64,000 bases of DNA, from IMG/VR virus record IMGVR_UViG_3300029305_004190, one strand, 5' to 3'. The notes below the pieces were generated by a model that saw only the letters and a program-made list of their open reading frames with translations, did no database searches and was not told the origin of the DNA. This DNA is from a virus. Position 1 is the stretch's first letter, and each line of letters begins with the position of its first letter. A program made the position numbers and the translations under genes. Below, in pieces: positions 54,051 to 64,000 of the stretch.

Positions 54051-55031
54051 GTGGAGCTTACAGAATTGATTTCATCAATCGACATTCTTGAGTATATCTC
54101 ACAATACACTGAGTTCACCGAGAAGAACGGCGAATACTGGGCACTTTCCCCTTTGAAAGAAGAAAACACGCCGTCATTCTCCGTAAGAAAAGAAGAAAAT
54201 ACCTTTTATGATTTTTCATCCGGTGTTGGCGGCAACGTATTGACATTTGTTCGATTCTACAACAAGTGTGGATATACCGAAGCAATAGAAAAATTGAAAG
54301 AATATGCCGGTTTCGATGGGACAATCAGACCACATCAGAAACTTGCAGCAACGGAAATTGCAAAACGGTTTTCACCACCAAAAAAGACGGTCAGAACAAA
54401 CAAATCCGTCATCTTACCGAATGATTACATGGAACGATATGAAAAACGAGAAGATAAACTCGATGTCTGGCGTGCGGAGGGCATCTCAAGTGCTTCTCTG
54501 GACAAGTTTCAGGTATATTACGATAGTTTTTCAGACAGACTTGTGTATCCAATACGAGATGCAGATGGAAATATCGTAAATGTTGGTGGAAGAACCCTTG
54601 ATAAGGATTGGAAAGATAAAGGTTTACGAAAATACACCTACTTTAAGCCTTGGGGCGAACTAAATGTAATATATGGTCTTTCCGAAAACTTGCAAAGCAT
54701 CAAACAAAAGGGAGAAATCATCCTTTTTGAAGGATGTAAATCGGTTTTGCTCGCAGATACATGGGGAATCCACAACACTGGTGCGATTTTGACATCGCAT
54801 CTTAATCCGAACCAGATGAAATTGCTTGCAAGGTTGGCTTGTCGAGTGGTTTTTGCACTTGATAAAGATGTTGTGGTTCGAGAAGACCACAATATTAACC
54901 GTTTGAAGCAATTTGTGAAGGTTGAATACATATGGGACAAAGATAATCTGCTCAATGATAAAGACGCTCCGGTTGACAAAGGTCTGGAAGCGTGGAAAAA
55001 ATTATATGAAGGGAGGCTGTCATGGAGATGA
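54051..55031 (+). CDS. dnaG: DNA primase (DnaG-like, zinc-binding N-terminus + TOPRIM)
   Basis: N-terminal primase zinc-binding-domain-like segment, TOPRIM ILFEGCKSVL...ALDKD; GTG after GGAGGAG. Confidence 0.8.
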   Translation: MELTELISSIDILEYISQYTEFTEKNGEYWALSPLKEENTPSFSVRKEENTFYDFSSGVGGNVLTFVRFYNKCGYTEAIEKLKEYAGFDGTIRPHQKLAATEIAKRFSPPKKTVRTNKSVILPNDYMERYEKREDKLDVWRAEGISSASLDKFQVYYDSFSDRLVYPIRDADGNIVNVGGRTLDKDWKDKGLRKYTYFKPWGELNVIYGLSENLQSIKQKGEIILFEGCKSVLLADTWGIHNTGAILTSHLNPNQMKLLARLACRVVFALDKDVVVREDHNINRLKQFVKVEYIWDKDNLLNDKDAPVDKGLEAWKKLYEGRLSWR

Positions 55032-58000
55032 GCGGGCAATATACAGTGTACCACTTACATAGTGACCTTAGTAACGGTGTAACAAACATCGACTCGGTCA
55101 CAAAATATGGCGAATACATAAAGAAAGCCAAAGAATGCGGTATGAAGGCATTGGCTTTCTCAGAACATGGTTCAGTTTTTGAATGGTGGCATAAGAAAAA
55201 GGAAATCGAAGAAGCGGGTATGAAATATATCCATGCGGTCGAGGCATATCTCACCGTGACTTTGGACGAAAAAATCCGAGATAATTACCACTGCGTATTA
55301 CTGGCTAAGAACTACGACGGGTTCCTTGAATTGAACAGCCTTGTTTCAAACAGTTTCAATCGAAAAGACAACCATTATTACTACGCTCCTCGTATTACGT
55401 TCGAGGAGCTCTTTTCAACCTCAGACAATATTATCATCACGACCGCCTGTGTTGGTGGTGTGCTTGGTAAAGCCGATGATGAAATCAAACAGCGATATGT
55501 GGAGTTTTTAATCAACAATAAACACAGATGCTTTCTTGAAGTCGGTCACCATCTTGATGAAAAGCAGGTTGAATACAACCGTATGTTGCTTTCGTTAAGC
55601 GAAATCACGGGTGTCTCCTTAATCGCCGGAACTGACACGCACGTTCTGGATGAAGTCCATGAAAGAGGGCGTAGTATTCTACAGCAATCAAAAGACATTA
55701 CATTTGATGGCGAAGAAAAATGGGATTTGAAGTTCAAAACCTACGATGAACTTGTTACCGCATATCGCAAGCAGCGTTCTCTCCCAGAGGCAGCATTTCT
55801 GCAGGCAATCGAAAACACGAATGTAATGGCAGACATGGTAGAGCCGTTTGAACTTGACCGCAATACCAAGTATCCACACATCTATGAGAACCCCGAAGAA
55901 ACTTTCAAAAAGAAAGTAACGGATGCAATGTATCGTCATCCATATGCTCTGAAAAACCACACCGAGGCAGAGTTACTTGCTGTCTTGGATGAGGAATATA
56001 AGGTGTACCAAGCAACAAAGTCAATCGACTTTATGCTTCTTCAGACTTATCTCAGAGAATGGGAAAAAGAACATGGAATCCAGTGTGGATATGGTCGTGG
56101 TTCAGTTTCTGGTAGCATGATTGCCTATCTGCTCGGTGTAACACAGATGGACAGCATCCGCTTTGACCTGAACTTCTTCCGATTTATGAATCCGTCACGA
56201 GTAACAAACGCTGATATTGATACAGACTACTCTGGCAAAGACCGTGATGCAGTAAAGCAGTTTCTGCTTCGTGACAAAATGAATCTGCCTAATATTCGTT
56301 CGGCAGAAATCATCACGTTCAACACGATTGCTATGAAAGGCGCAGTTCGTGATGTGTGCCGTGCCTTGTATAAGGACAGAAGCGATGTGAACTACATCAA
56401 TGTAGCAAATACCATTTGTAATGAGGTAGTTTTGCAAGATAACCAGTGGGTTGTCAGCGATAAAATGCGTAAAGACTACCCAGAGGTTTTCAAGTATGTT
56501 GACATCGTAAATGGTACTATCGTATCAATCGGTACTCATCCGAGCGGCGTGTTAATCAGTGACCTTCCAATCGAACAGACAGTCGGTCTGTGTAGCATCT
56601 CAACATCAGATTACCCGGTATCCATGATTAACATGAAGGAACTCGACGACCTCATGTATGTAAAGCTCGATATCCTCGGGCTTGACAATATCGGCGTAAT
56701 CAATGAAACCTGTAAGATGCTTGGAATCGAACGACTTACACCGGATAACACAGATATGGATGACATGGATGTGTGGAAAAGCATCCGTGACAACACGACA
56801 CTTATCTTCCAATGGGAGTCTAACAGCGCACAGCAGTATATGAAGAAGTTCATGTCTGATGAGACACTGGAAATTGCCCGTTCAAAGATTCCGAACTTCT
56901 CCATGCTGAAATGGATGTCGTTCGGTAATGGTCTTCTCAGACCGGCTTGTGCAAGCTTCCGAGACAGCGTTGCAAATGGCGAGTTCTACGACAATGGTTT
57001 TGATGCGCTAAACGAATTCTTGGCACCTGAAGCTGGAAGAATTGCTATGCAGGAGACCATCATGCAGTTTCTCGTTAAGTTCTGCGGTTATTCGGCAGCA
57101 GAATCTGATAACGTAAGACGAGCAATCGCAAAGAAAAAAGGAACGGAAACACTTCTTCCTGAAATTGAACAGCGCTTTATCGCATTCTGTTCAGAACATT
57201 ATGACATGACCGTTGAACAGTGCGAAGAGGTCATCAAACCTTTCCTACAGATTATTCTGGACGCTTCTGCATACGGATTTTCATGGAACCACTCCGATGC
57301 GTATTCATCCATTGGATATATCTGTGGCTATCTGCGCCATTATTATCCGTTAGAGTTTCTTACTGCGGCACTGAATATCTTCGGTGACAATATGGACAAG
57401 ACAGCAGACATCACTTCTTACGCAACAAGGGTAGGAGTTAAGATTACACTTCCCAAATGGGGATTATCCAGAGGCGAGTATTTCTACGATAAAGAAAAGA
57501 GAATCATTGCCAAGGGCTTAACCTCAATCAAGTATATGAGCGCAGCTCTTGCGGACGAGCTTTACAATCTATCCAAAACAAAGAAGTATACCAGCTTCAT
57601 GGAGTTGCTTGAAGACCTTGATACCAAGACCACAATCAACTCACGACAGCTTGATATCTTAATCAAACTCGATTTCTTCTCTGACTTCGGAAACCAAAGA
57701 GAGCTTCTGAGAATGACTGATTTATTTACAAACACATTCAAGAAGGGCGAAGCTAAGAAGATTAAGAAATCTGATGTGGATGGTACACCCTTGGAGGATA
57801 TTGTAAAGAAGTATGCAGTCGGCATGACAAAGGCAGGCGGCGTTGCAAAGAGTTATACACTTCTTGATGTATCGTCAATTCTGCAGGAAGCAGAACAGGT
57901 CATCCGTTCAGTCGGCATGGACGATTTAAGCGACATTATCAAAGTTCGTAACTTTTACGATGTCATGGGCTATATCGGTTATGTGTCCGGTAAGGATGAG

Positions 58001-58237
58001 GACAGACCAAAGTTATATGTAACAGAGGTCAAGCCATTACATAGAAAGTCAGACAATAAGAAGTTTGGCTATAGCATTTTCACCAAGTCAATCGGAAGCG
58101 GTAAGGAAAGTCGCTTCACCGTGTTTTCACGAGTTTATGATAATGACCCAATCAAGGAAGGCGACATCATCTATTGTCAACGCTACGAGAGGGACGGTCA
58201 GTATTTCAAACTCACAGCATATAGCAAAGTGATGTAA
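55022..58237 (+). CDS. dnaE: DNA polymerase III alpha subunit (DnaE/PolC family, PHP domain)
   Basis: N-terminal PHP motif YTVYHLHSDLSNG, 1071 aa, polymerase core motifs (GVLISDLP, LDILGLDN). Confidence 0.9.
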   Translation: MEMSGQYTVYHLHSDLSNGVTNIDSVTKYGEYIKKAKECGMKALAFSEHGSVFEWWHKKKEIEEAGMKYIHAVEAYLTVTLDEKIRDNYHCVLLAKNYDGFLELNSLVSNSFNRKDNHYYYAPRITFEELFSTSDNIIITTACVGGVLGKADDEIKQRYVEFLINNKHRCFLEVGHHLDEKQVEYNRMLLSLSEITGVSLIAGTDTHVLDEVHERGRSILQQSKDITFDGEEKWDLKFKTYDELVTAYRKQRSLPEAAFLQAIENTNVMADMVEPFELDRNTKYPHIYENPEETFKKKVTDAMYRHPYALKNHTEAELLAVLDEEYKVYQATKSIDFMLLQTYLREWEKEHGIQCGYGRGSVSGSMIAYLLGVTQMDSIRFDLNFFRFMNPSRVTNADIDTDYSGKDRDAVKQFLLRDKMNLPNIRSAEIITFNTIAMKGAVRDVCRALYKDRSDVNYINVANTICNEVVLQDNQWVVSDKMRKDYPEVFKYVDIVNGTIVSIGTHPSGVLISDLPIEQTVGLCSISTSDYPVSMINMKELDDLMYVKLDILGLDNIGVINETCKMLGIERLTPDNTDMDDMDVWKSIRDNTTLIFQWESNSAQQYMKKFMSDETLEIARSKIPNFSMLKWMSFGNGLLRPACASFRDSVANGEFYDNGFDALNEFLAPEAGRIAMQETIMQFLVKFCGYSAAESDNVRRAIAKKKGTETLLPEIEQRFIAFCSEHYDMTVEQCEEVIKPFLQIILDASAYGFSWNHSDAYSSIGYICGYLRHYYPLEFLTAALNIFGDNMDKTADITSYATRVGVKITLPKWGLSRGEYFYDKEKRIIAKGLTSIKYMSAALADELYNLSKTKKYTSFMELLEDLDTKTTINSRQLDILIKLDFFSDFGNQRELLRMTDLFTNTFKKGEAKKIKKSDVDGTPLEDIVKKYAVGMTKAGGVAKSYTLLDVSSILQEAEQVIRSVGMDDLSDIIKVRNFYDVMGYIGYVSGKDEDRPKLYVTEVKPLHRKSDNKKFGYSIFTKSIGSGKESRFTVFSRVYDNDPIKEGDIIYCQRYERDGQYFKLTAYSKVM

Positions 58238-58250
58238 GAGAGGTGGCAAC

Positions 58251-58661
58251 GTGGATATATTAAACGGCAACACATTCTGCCAAGCGTTGGAATTGTGTGA
58301 CAGTTTTTCAGATGCCAATATCGGTATTATTATGAAAAACTCTCGCTCAGTTGACGAATTTGCAGAAGCGATTTTTTCGGAAATCTGTAGTGGACGCATG
58401 GGCGGCTGGACAATCAACAAAGGAATACATAACGGATACGCAGTTTTGAAGTCAAGCACCGATAGCTTTATCCATTTATTAAGTGTGCACGACCCTGAAC
58501 GGTTGCATAGTCGTTCATTCCATTGGGTTCTGTATGAAGAAGGAGTCAGTAAAGACGCTTTGCCGATTATCGCCTCTGTTGAAAGGTTGTTGCTTCCTGA
58601 TGAGGAACTCAAAGACAGCAAAGAATTGGATGATTTTTTGAACAGCTTCAAGATAGTCTGA
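58251..58661 (+). CDS. Hypothetical protein (136 aa)
   Basis: GTG after GAGAGGTGG SD. Confidence 0.5.
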   Translation: MDILNGNTFCQALELCDSFSDANIGIIMKNSRSVDEFAEAIFSEICSGRMGGWTINKGIHNGYAVLKSSTDSFIHLLSVHDPERLHSRSFHWVLYEEGVSKDALPIIASVERLLLPDEELKDSKELDDFLNSFKIV

Positions 58662-58678
58662 AATAAGGGAGAAAAAAT

Positions 58679-58999
58679 ATGAAAGCAATGTTATCACAGC
58701 CGATGGCTGGTAAAACCGAAAAGGAAATCGTAGAAACCCGCGAACGAGCTATCGCCGCGCTTCATGAAGCCGGATATGACGTAATCAATACTCTTTTTAC
58801 CGATGAATGGTATAGCAAAGAGTCGATGACCGAACGCGGAGTCGTGCAAATTCCACTCTGTTTTCTTGCAAAATCTTTGGAGAATATGAGTCTGTGTCAT
58901 GCGGCTTATTTCTGCAAGGGTTGGGAGGATGCCCGTGGATGCCGAATTGAACACGACGCGGCTGTAGCATATGGATTGACTGTGCTGTATGAGGAATGA
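58679..58999 (+). CDS. Hypothetical protein (106 aa), possibly DUF4406-like (nucleoside 2-deoxyribosyltransferase-like fold)
   Basis: MKAMLSQPMAGKTEKEI...GYDVIN resembles DUF4406 N-terminus; weak. Confidence 0.45.
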   Translation: MKAMLSQPMAGKTEKEIVETRERAIAALHEAGYDVINTLFTDEWYSKESMTERGVVQIPLCFLAKSLENMSLCHAAYFCKGWEDARGCRIEHDAAVAYGLTVLYEE

Positions 59000-59011
59000 G
59001 CAGTATAAAAC

Positions 59012-59356
59012 ATGAATTTGATGAACGGAATTCGTAATTTGAGTAGATACTGGGTTGATAAACATACCGGCATTATTATGCGTCAATGGACAAGTGAAGA
59101 GTATGAGGCTGTAAGCCCTCGTACACATATTTTTGAAATGTACTGGAGTTATCAGTGCCCAATATGTAGTTTTCTGCCAGTCCCACATTGTAATGAAGCC
59201 GAAGCAATGCACGGTGCAAATACACATGAACGATATGCTGGAAGCAGACATAGATGTGTAGTCGAACACAGGGAGCATGAATTGGTTTGCTTAGAATGTA
59301 AAGAAGAGTATGTAGATGAGCTCGGTGTCTGGGTAAATAAACAAGAAATTATGTGA
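59012..59356 (+). CDS. Hypothetical Cys-rich protein (114 aa)
   Basis: CPICSF...CLEC clusters. Confidence 0.5.
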   Translation: MNLMNGIRNLSRYWVDKHTGIIMRQWTSEEYEAVSPRTHIFEMYWSYQCPICSFLPVPHCNEAEAMHGANTHERYAGSRHRCVVEHREHELVCLECKEEYVDELGVWVNKQEIM

Positions 59357-59363
59357 GGCATTC

Positions 59364-59561
59364 ATGAAAGATAAACGGCAAGAGTACATTGACTACTTCA
59401 CGCATATGGAGAAGGAGCATAAGCGAATACCGCTTGGCGGTATGGCTTGGAGCGACATTGGCTGGTGGGTTTACGACGCAATCGAAACGGACAAGTTATT
59501 TACCAGAAAAGAACTCGCTGATATGTTCCCTGATTTGTTAGGATATTTGAAAGATAATTAA
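59364..59561 (+). CDS. Hypothetical protein (65 aa)
   Basis: ORF in compact array. Confidence 0.45.
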   Translation: MKDKRQEYIDYFTHMEKEHKRIPLGGMAWSDIGWWVYDAIETDKLFTRKELADMFPDLLGYLKDN

Positions 59562-59584
59562 ATTGTTAACAGGAGGTATTTCAC

Positions 59585-59788
59585 TTGCAAGACAAGAAAG
59601 TTTGCAACCACTGCGGCAGAGAGCTTGATGTCTTTGACCTGCAGCAAGATTTCACTATACATAAAAAAATCCAATATGGCAGTTCCTACGACGGCTGCCG
59701 GGTTCACTTCCAACTCTGCTGTGACTGCTTTGATAAAGCCGTTGAGCAGTGCAAGGTAAATCCGATTGAGGAGGTAGAAGACGAATGA
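59585..59788 (+). CDS. Zinc-ribbon protein (67 aa)
   Basis: TTG after AGGAGG; CNHCG...CCDC. Confidence 0.45.
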   Translation: MQDKKVCNHCGRELDVFDLQQDFTIHKKIQYGSSYDGCRVHFQLCCDCFDKAVEQCKVNPIEEVEDE

Positions 59789-60708
59789 TTGAAAGAGCCG
59801 AATACACGGCTATGGCTGAGCAAGCTATTGAAAGATTTCGAACGCTCAGCGCTATTATGCCGTATAATGCGGAAATCGTGTATGTCATTTCAAGAGAAGT
59901 GTATGAAGCAATGCAGGCATACGAATATGACTTTTGGAATGAGCACGCCAGAGTTAATGTAAGACCAGATGGTATCGTGGGCGTATACTATGGTACACGC
60001 CTTGCTCTTATCAATGAAGATATTGCCGATAATTTCTTCATGCCAGTGGTTTACAGCAGAAACTTCCAACATTATAACGGGTTGCAAGTAGATGATTTCG
60101 TGATTTTCAATGATGATGACAACGACCTTCTTTTCCGTCTTGCAAGACTGACCCCGGATGCTATGTATACGGATACGGGATTGACTGTAAGTTTCGTTCT
60201 TACACGTATTCACGATATTGCTGCTACCGACAATGCAGTAGCAAACCTTGCCGATAACGCAGTGACGATTGGAGATGCTATTGAGGAACTTGGGCAGGCA
60301 GTCGAAGACATGAATGAAACAGTTGCCAACTGGATTGCTGATGAAATTCACGGTACAAGACATGATACACCTGTGAGATATGTACATGACGCAATAATCA
60401 ATCCGAACAATCCATATGAAGTTGGAGTACAGACAATCGAGGAGCTTATTGAAGCGGTTCAAGAAATGTCAACTGCTGATTATTTAACGGCTGAACAGGT
60501 CATCAGACCTAATCAGTTAGCAGATGGTACAATCACATTGAATTTGGACGGTGCTCAAATCAATGTAGATTTGCTCCAAGAACTTGCAGGAGAAGTTAGC
60601 ACACCTCGTCGTGCTAAGAAACGTACAAGCAAAGAAAAAGAACTCAACCCCGGTGATACAAAACTGCTTGACGAATATCTCCATAGCTTTATGAAAGGCG
60701 GATGTTAA
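59785..60708 (+). CDS. Hypothetical protein (307 aa)
   Basis: ORF overlapping upstream stop. Confidence 0.55.
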   Translation: MIERAEYTAMAEQAIERFRTLSAIMPYNAEIVYVISREVYEAMQAYEYDFWNEHARVNVRPDGIVGVYYGTRLALINEDIADNFFMPVVYSRNFQHYNGLQVDDFVIFNDDDNDLLFRLARLTPDAMYTDTGLTVSFVLTRIHDIAATDNAVANLADNAVTIGDAIEELGQAVEDMNETVANWIADEIHGTRHDTPVRYVHDAIINPNNPYEVGVQTIEELIEAVQEMSTADYLTAEQVIRPNQLADGTITLNLDGAQINVDLLQELAGEVSTPRRAKKRTSKEKELNPGDTKLLDEYLHSFMKGGC

Positions 60709-61382
60709 TGGGACAGGTAATTATTCAGGATTTTACAACCAAGACCCCCATCACAATGATTGGCACAGAAGCCGGTGTGTGCTGGGGTGCTGATATCAGC
60801 GATGCCCGTAAGAATTTCAAGCGTGGCATTGACTGCCTTGAGAGCGAACACGGCAGAACTTTTGAGTTTCCGGATGTTTATATGATTCTTGACGGTTATT
60901 CCGCAAGGGTTATTCGTGAATGGTATACGCATATCGGTGGTTCTCCTACAAGATTGCAGGCAAGCACCAGATATATCGACTACGAACACGGATTCGATTA
61001 CATAACACCAGACACCATTCGCAGAAACAAAGAGGCGAACTCCATCTATAACAATATGATGCTGAATCTTCAAAACAGCCTCAGTAAGCTCGATGAGTTG
61101 GGTATTCCGAGAGAAGACTCTGCACTCGGTTTACCTCTTGGCATGACAACAAAAATTGTATGCAAGCATAATGCCCGTAACCTGATTGATATGTCGCATC
61201 AGCGTCTCTGCACCAGAGCTTACCATGAGTATCGCAAATTGTTTTTGGATTTATGTGACGCTCTTCGTGCTTACTCAGAAGAATGGGCGTATCTCGTTGA
61301 CCATTACTTCATGCCCAAGTGTAAGTATATGGGGTTCTGTAAAGAAAAGAACTCGTGCGGCATGATGCCAAGACGAAAATAA
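60702..61382 (+). CDS. thyX: Flavin-dependent thymidylate synthase (ThyX)
   Basis: VIREWYTHIGGSPTRLQASTRY resembles the ThyX RHR...S..RY signature; ILDGYSARV upstream; about 225 aa typical ThyX length. Confidence 0.7.
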   Translation: MLMGQVIIQDFTTKTPITMIGTEAGVCWGADISDARKNFKRGIDCLESEHGRTFEFPDVYMILDGYSARVIREWYTHIGGSPTRLQASTRYIDYEHGFDYITPDTIRRNKEANSIYNNMMLNLQNSLSKLDELGIPREDSALGLPLGMTTKIVCKHNARNLIDMSHQRLCTRAYHEYRKLFLDLCDALRAYSEEWAYLVDHYFMPKCKYMGFCKEKNSCGMMPRRK

Positions 61383-61488
61383 TATGGAATACATAACACT
61401 TATTGCTATCACGTTCCTCCTCGTATTACTTATCTGGAGTGACGGCGGAGGAAACAATCGCCAGAAACCAGTGTAGTAAGGAGGCAAG

Positions 61489-61899
61489 GTGAAAAGCCGA
61501 ATTCTGAATCCAAAACGAATGAAACAGCTCATTGATTTTTCTGGGCTGGAGCTGGATGGTGGTATTTACCCGACAGACATTGATGGTTTTATCGAATACC
61601 ATGATTCAGAATACATACTTATCGAAGTAAAACACGCAAAAGCTCAAGTACCATACGGACAAAGGCTTGCACTGCAACGAGCTGTTGATGATTTCACAAC
61701 ATCCGGCAAGGACGCTGTAGCAATCGTATGTGAACACCATGTTGATGATGTTTCAGAGAATGTAGTTGCAGCCAAATGCAATGTGAGAGAAATATATTAT
61801 GGTAAGGAGCACTGTTGGAGACCGCCGGACAAGCCTATGAATGTAAGGCAGGCAATCGACAGTTTTCAACTCCATGTAAAACAGAATAAAAGGAGGTAG
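61489..61899 (+). CDS. Hypothetical protein (136 aa)
   Basis: GTG after AGGAGG. Confidence 0.5.
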   Translation: MKSRILNPKRMKQLIDFSGLELDGGIYPTDIDGFIEYHDSEYILIEVKHAKAQVPYGQRLALQRAVDDFTTSGKDAVAIVCEHHVDDVSENVVAAKCNVREIYYGKEHCWRPPDKPMNVRQAIDSFQLHVKQNKRR

Positions 61900-61902
61900 C
61901 CG

Positions 61903-62469
61903 ATGAAGGTTATTTTGATTTCAGGCAAAGCACAGCATGGGAAAGATACAACTGCTGGCATTTTGAAATCAGCACTTGAAGCCGATGGCTTTTCAGTGCT
62001 TGTCGCCCATTACGGCGACTTGGTAAAATACATATGCAAGACATTTTTCAACTGGGATGGCAACAAGGATGAAGCAGGTCGCACGATGCTTCAGTATGTT
62101 GGTACGGATGTGATTCGAAAGCAGGACGAGAACTATTGGGTTCGTTTTGTGGGAGAAATGCTCACATTCTTCAATAATAAATGGGACTATGTACTTATCC
62201 CTGATTGCAGATTCCCCAATGAAGTAGACTATCTCAAGGAAATGGGATTTGATGCAGTTCATATGCGGGTCGTTCGTGAGAATTTTGACAGTCCACTTAC
62301 CGCAGAGCAGCAAATGCACCCTTCAGAAACGGCGCTTGATGATGCGACTGCAGATTATTACATCTATAATAATGGTTCTCAGAAGGAGCTTCAAGGAAAA
62401 GTAATCCAGTGGATTGTTGAGACGAACGGTTCCCATCAAATGACTTTTGATGAAATCGTTGAGGGCTAA
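61903..62469 (+). CDS. Deoxynucleoside monophosphate kinase (P-loop, T4 gp1-like)
   Basis: Walker A ILISGKAQHGKDT; about 188 aa. Confidence 0.65.
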   Translation: MKVILISGKAQHGKDTTAGILKSALEADGFSVLVAHYGDLVKYICKTFFNWDGNKDEAGRTMLQYVGTDVIRKQDENYWVRFVGEMLTFFNNKWDYVLIPDCRFPNEVDYLKEMGFDAVHMRVVRENFDSPLTAEQQMHPSETALDDATADYYIYNNGSQKELQGKVIQWIVETNGSHQMTFDEIVEG

Positions 62470-62472
62470 ATT

Positions 62473-63036
62473 ATGAAGCGTCTGACCATTCTTGTTGATA
62501 TGGATGATACAATTATCAATCTTCTCGATGCGTGGGTAGATAGATTGAATCGTTCATATGGAACAGAAGTAAAAGCAGAAGATGTCACACAGTGGAATAT
62601 CGCTAAATCTTTTCCATCGCTGACAAGCGAACAGGTTTATTCTCCGCTTTTGTGTGATGACTTTTGGTATAATGTCCTACCCAAAGAGGGGGCAGCGGAA
62701 GCGCTTCGGCAACTCATCAACGACGGGCATAAGGTTTTAATTGTAACAAGTTCGTTATATCAGACCTTGCGGACAAAAATGGATGTGACATTGTTTGGCT
62801 ACTTTCCTTTCATCACATGGAAAGACGTAATCATAACCGGTTACAAACAGTTGATTAAGGGCGATGTCTTGGTCGATGATGGAGTACACAATCTTGAAAA
62901 CGGCGATTACTTCAAGATTCTGATGAATGCTCCCCATAATCTTACATACGACGCTGAAGCGAATGGAATGTGTCGTACATCTAATTGGGGAGAGGTATAT
63001 TCGTTAATTACAGAGTATGCAAATACTCTTGAGTAA
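62473..63036 (+). CDS. HAD-family 5'(3')-deoxyribonucleotidase
   Basis: ILVDMDDTI (DxDxT motif I), later VLVDDG motif. Confidence 0.7.
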   Translation: MKRLTILVDMDDTIINLLDAWVDRLNRSYGTEVKAEDVTQWNIAKSFPSLTSEQVYSPLLCDDFWYNVLPKEGAAEALRQLINDGHKVLIVTSSLYQTLRTKMDVTLFGYFPFITWKDVIITGYKQLIKGDVLVDDGVHNLENGDYFKILMNAPHNLTYDAEANGMCRTSNWGEVYSLITEYANTLE

Positions 63037-63062
63037 ATATTTGAGGAGGTAGATAAAGTCGT

Positions 63063-63287
63063 ATGAATATCGTGTTGTATTCAACCGGCTGTCCAAAATG
63101 CAAGGTTCTTAAACAGAAGCTGGACAACAAAGCCATTACATATACAGAAAACAATACAGTAGCTGATATGATGGCTCTTGGCATTACGCAGGTTCCCGTT
63201 CTTGCAGTTGACGGCGAACTTCTTTCGTTCTCACTTGCAAATGAGTGGGTCAATCAATATCATGCTGAGGAGGCAAATGACAGATGA
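63063..63287 (+). CDS. nrdH: Glutaredoxin-like protein NrdH
   Basis: CPKC redox motif near N-terminus, 74 aa; GAGGAGG SD. Confidence 0.8.
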   Translation: MNIVLYSTGCPKCKVLKQKLDNKAITYTENNTVADMMALGITQVPVLAVDGELLSFSLANEWVNQYHAEEANDR

Positions 63288-64000
63288 ACATTCCGCTTAA
63301 AATGAATAGAGACTTTGAGAAAGCCATGGCGGTACTCAATGAAAAGTATGGTGAAGACTTCGAGTTTCTGAACGGCTTTCATGAGACACAACTCAACTTT
63401 TCCGATTTCATTGATGGCTTCATCGACCGCAATGTCGCTGATGTAACCATTGATGCAAACGCCAATGCATCCAATAAAGACATCAGGAGTCTTCTGAACG
63501 AGAAGGGTAAGTCGCACGATAAATTGTTTGCGTTTAACAAAATCTTTTACGAGATGAAGAAACGCTACAATCTGCGCACAGCAAAAGAATGGCTTGAAAC
63601 AGAATACAACGGTGGTTTTTACCTCCACGATGCTTCATCATCTACATATCTGCCCTACTGTTATGCATATGACCTTACACGTCTTGCGACTGAGGGTCTT
63701 TTCTTTTTGAAAAATTATAACAATCAGGCACCCAAACACCTGACTACATTCATGGACGATGTGATTGAGTATATCAGCTATATGAGCAATCGCAGTTCTG
63801 GCGCAGTTGGTATCCCCAATGTCTTAATCTGGACATATTACTTCTGGAAAAAGGACTGCGAGACAGGATATGTTATCAAAGACCCCGATTACTATATTCG
63901 TCAGTGCTTCCAGAAGTTTATCTACCGTCTCAATCAGCCGTTTATGCGTATCGACCAGACCGCTTTTGTAAATGTGTCAATCTTCGACCGTAACTACATC
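63284..64000 (+). CDS. nrdD: Anaerobic ribonucleoside-triphosphate reductase NrdD (class III), N-terminal part; continues beyond window
   Basis: Open frame to window end; ...GGFYLHDASSSTYLPYCYAYDL... matches conserved class III RNR N-terminal region; overlapping minus ORF 63260-63628 rejected. Confidence 0.8.
   Translation, partial: MNIPLKMNRDFEKAMAVLNEKYGEDFEFLNGFHETQLNFSDFIDGFIDRNVADVTIDANANASNKDIRSLLNEKGKSHDKLFAFNKIFYEMKKRYNLRTAKEWLETEYNGGFYLHDASSSTYLPYCYAYDLTRLATEGLFFLKNYNNQAPKHLTTFMDDVIEYISYMSNRSSGAVGIPNVLIWTYYFWKKDCETGYVIKDPDYYIRQCFQKFIYRLNQPFMRIDQTAFVNVSIFDRNYI

Noticed and set aside
1-64000. CRISPR arrays, rRNA genes, integrase/transposase
   Set aside because: No regularly spaced direct repeats with unique spacers, no rRNA-like conserved stretches, and no recombinase motifs (R-H-R-Y, DDE) were seen; the 316-aa protein at 48885-49835 was considered as an integrase but lacks a recognisable catalytic tetrad.

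Overview
This 64 kb window looks like part of a large phage or prophage genome from a Firmicutes-type host: genes are densely packed and almost all on the + strand, with Shine-Dalgarno sites typical of that group. It carries about 14 tRNA or tRNA-like genes in three clusters and a complete replication module (DnaB-like helicase, primase, Pol III alpha, ERF annealing protein, SSB, Cas4/RecB-like nuclease, ATP-dependent DNA ligase). Nucleotide metabolism genes are ThyX, a dNMP kinase, a 5'-nucleotidase, NrdH and the start of NrdD. An extensive NAD+ salvage and ADP-ribose toolkit (NMNAT, nicotinamidase, PRPP-synthetase-like, NAMPT-like, macro domain, NadE, NADAR) sits alongside RNA/tRNA repair enzymes (RtcB, Rnl-like ligase, Thg1-like, CCA-adding enzyme, HD and metallophosphoesterases, HAD phosphatase). 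A CI/LexA-like repressor sits at a pair of overlapping divergent consensus promoters next to a MazF/PemK-like toxin. The two most unusual loci are (i) an operon encoding a 76-aa ubiquitin-like beta-grasp protein, a 494-aa unknown protein, a JAB/MPN+ metalloprotease and a ThiF/MoeB-type E1-like adenylyltransferase, and (ii) a retron-type reverse transcriptase with about 330 nt of structured non-coding sequence upstream and about 590 nt downstream, containing three paralogous copies of a ~40-nt motif. All calls rest on reading motifs by eye; no database search was run.
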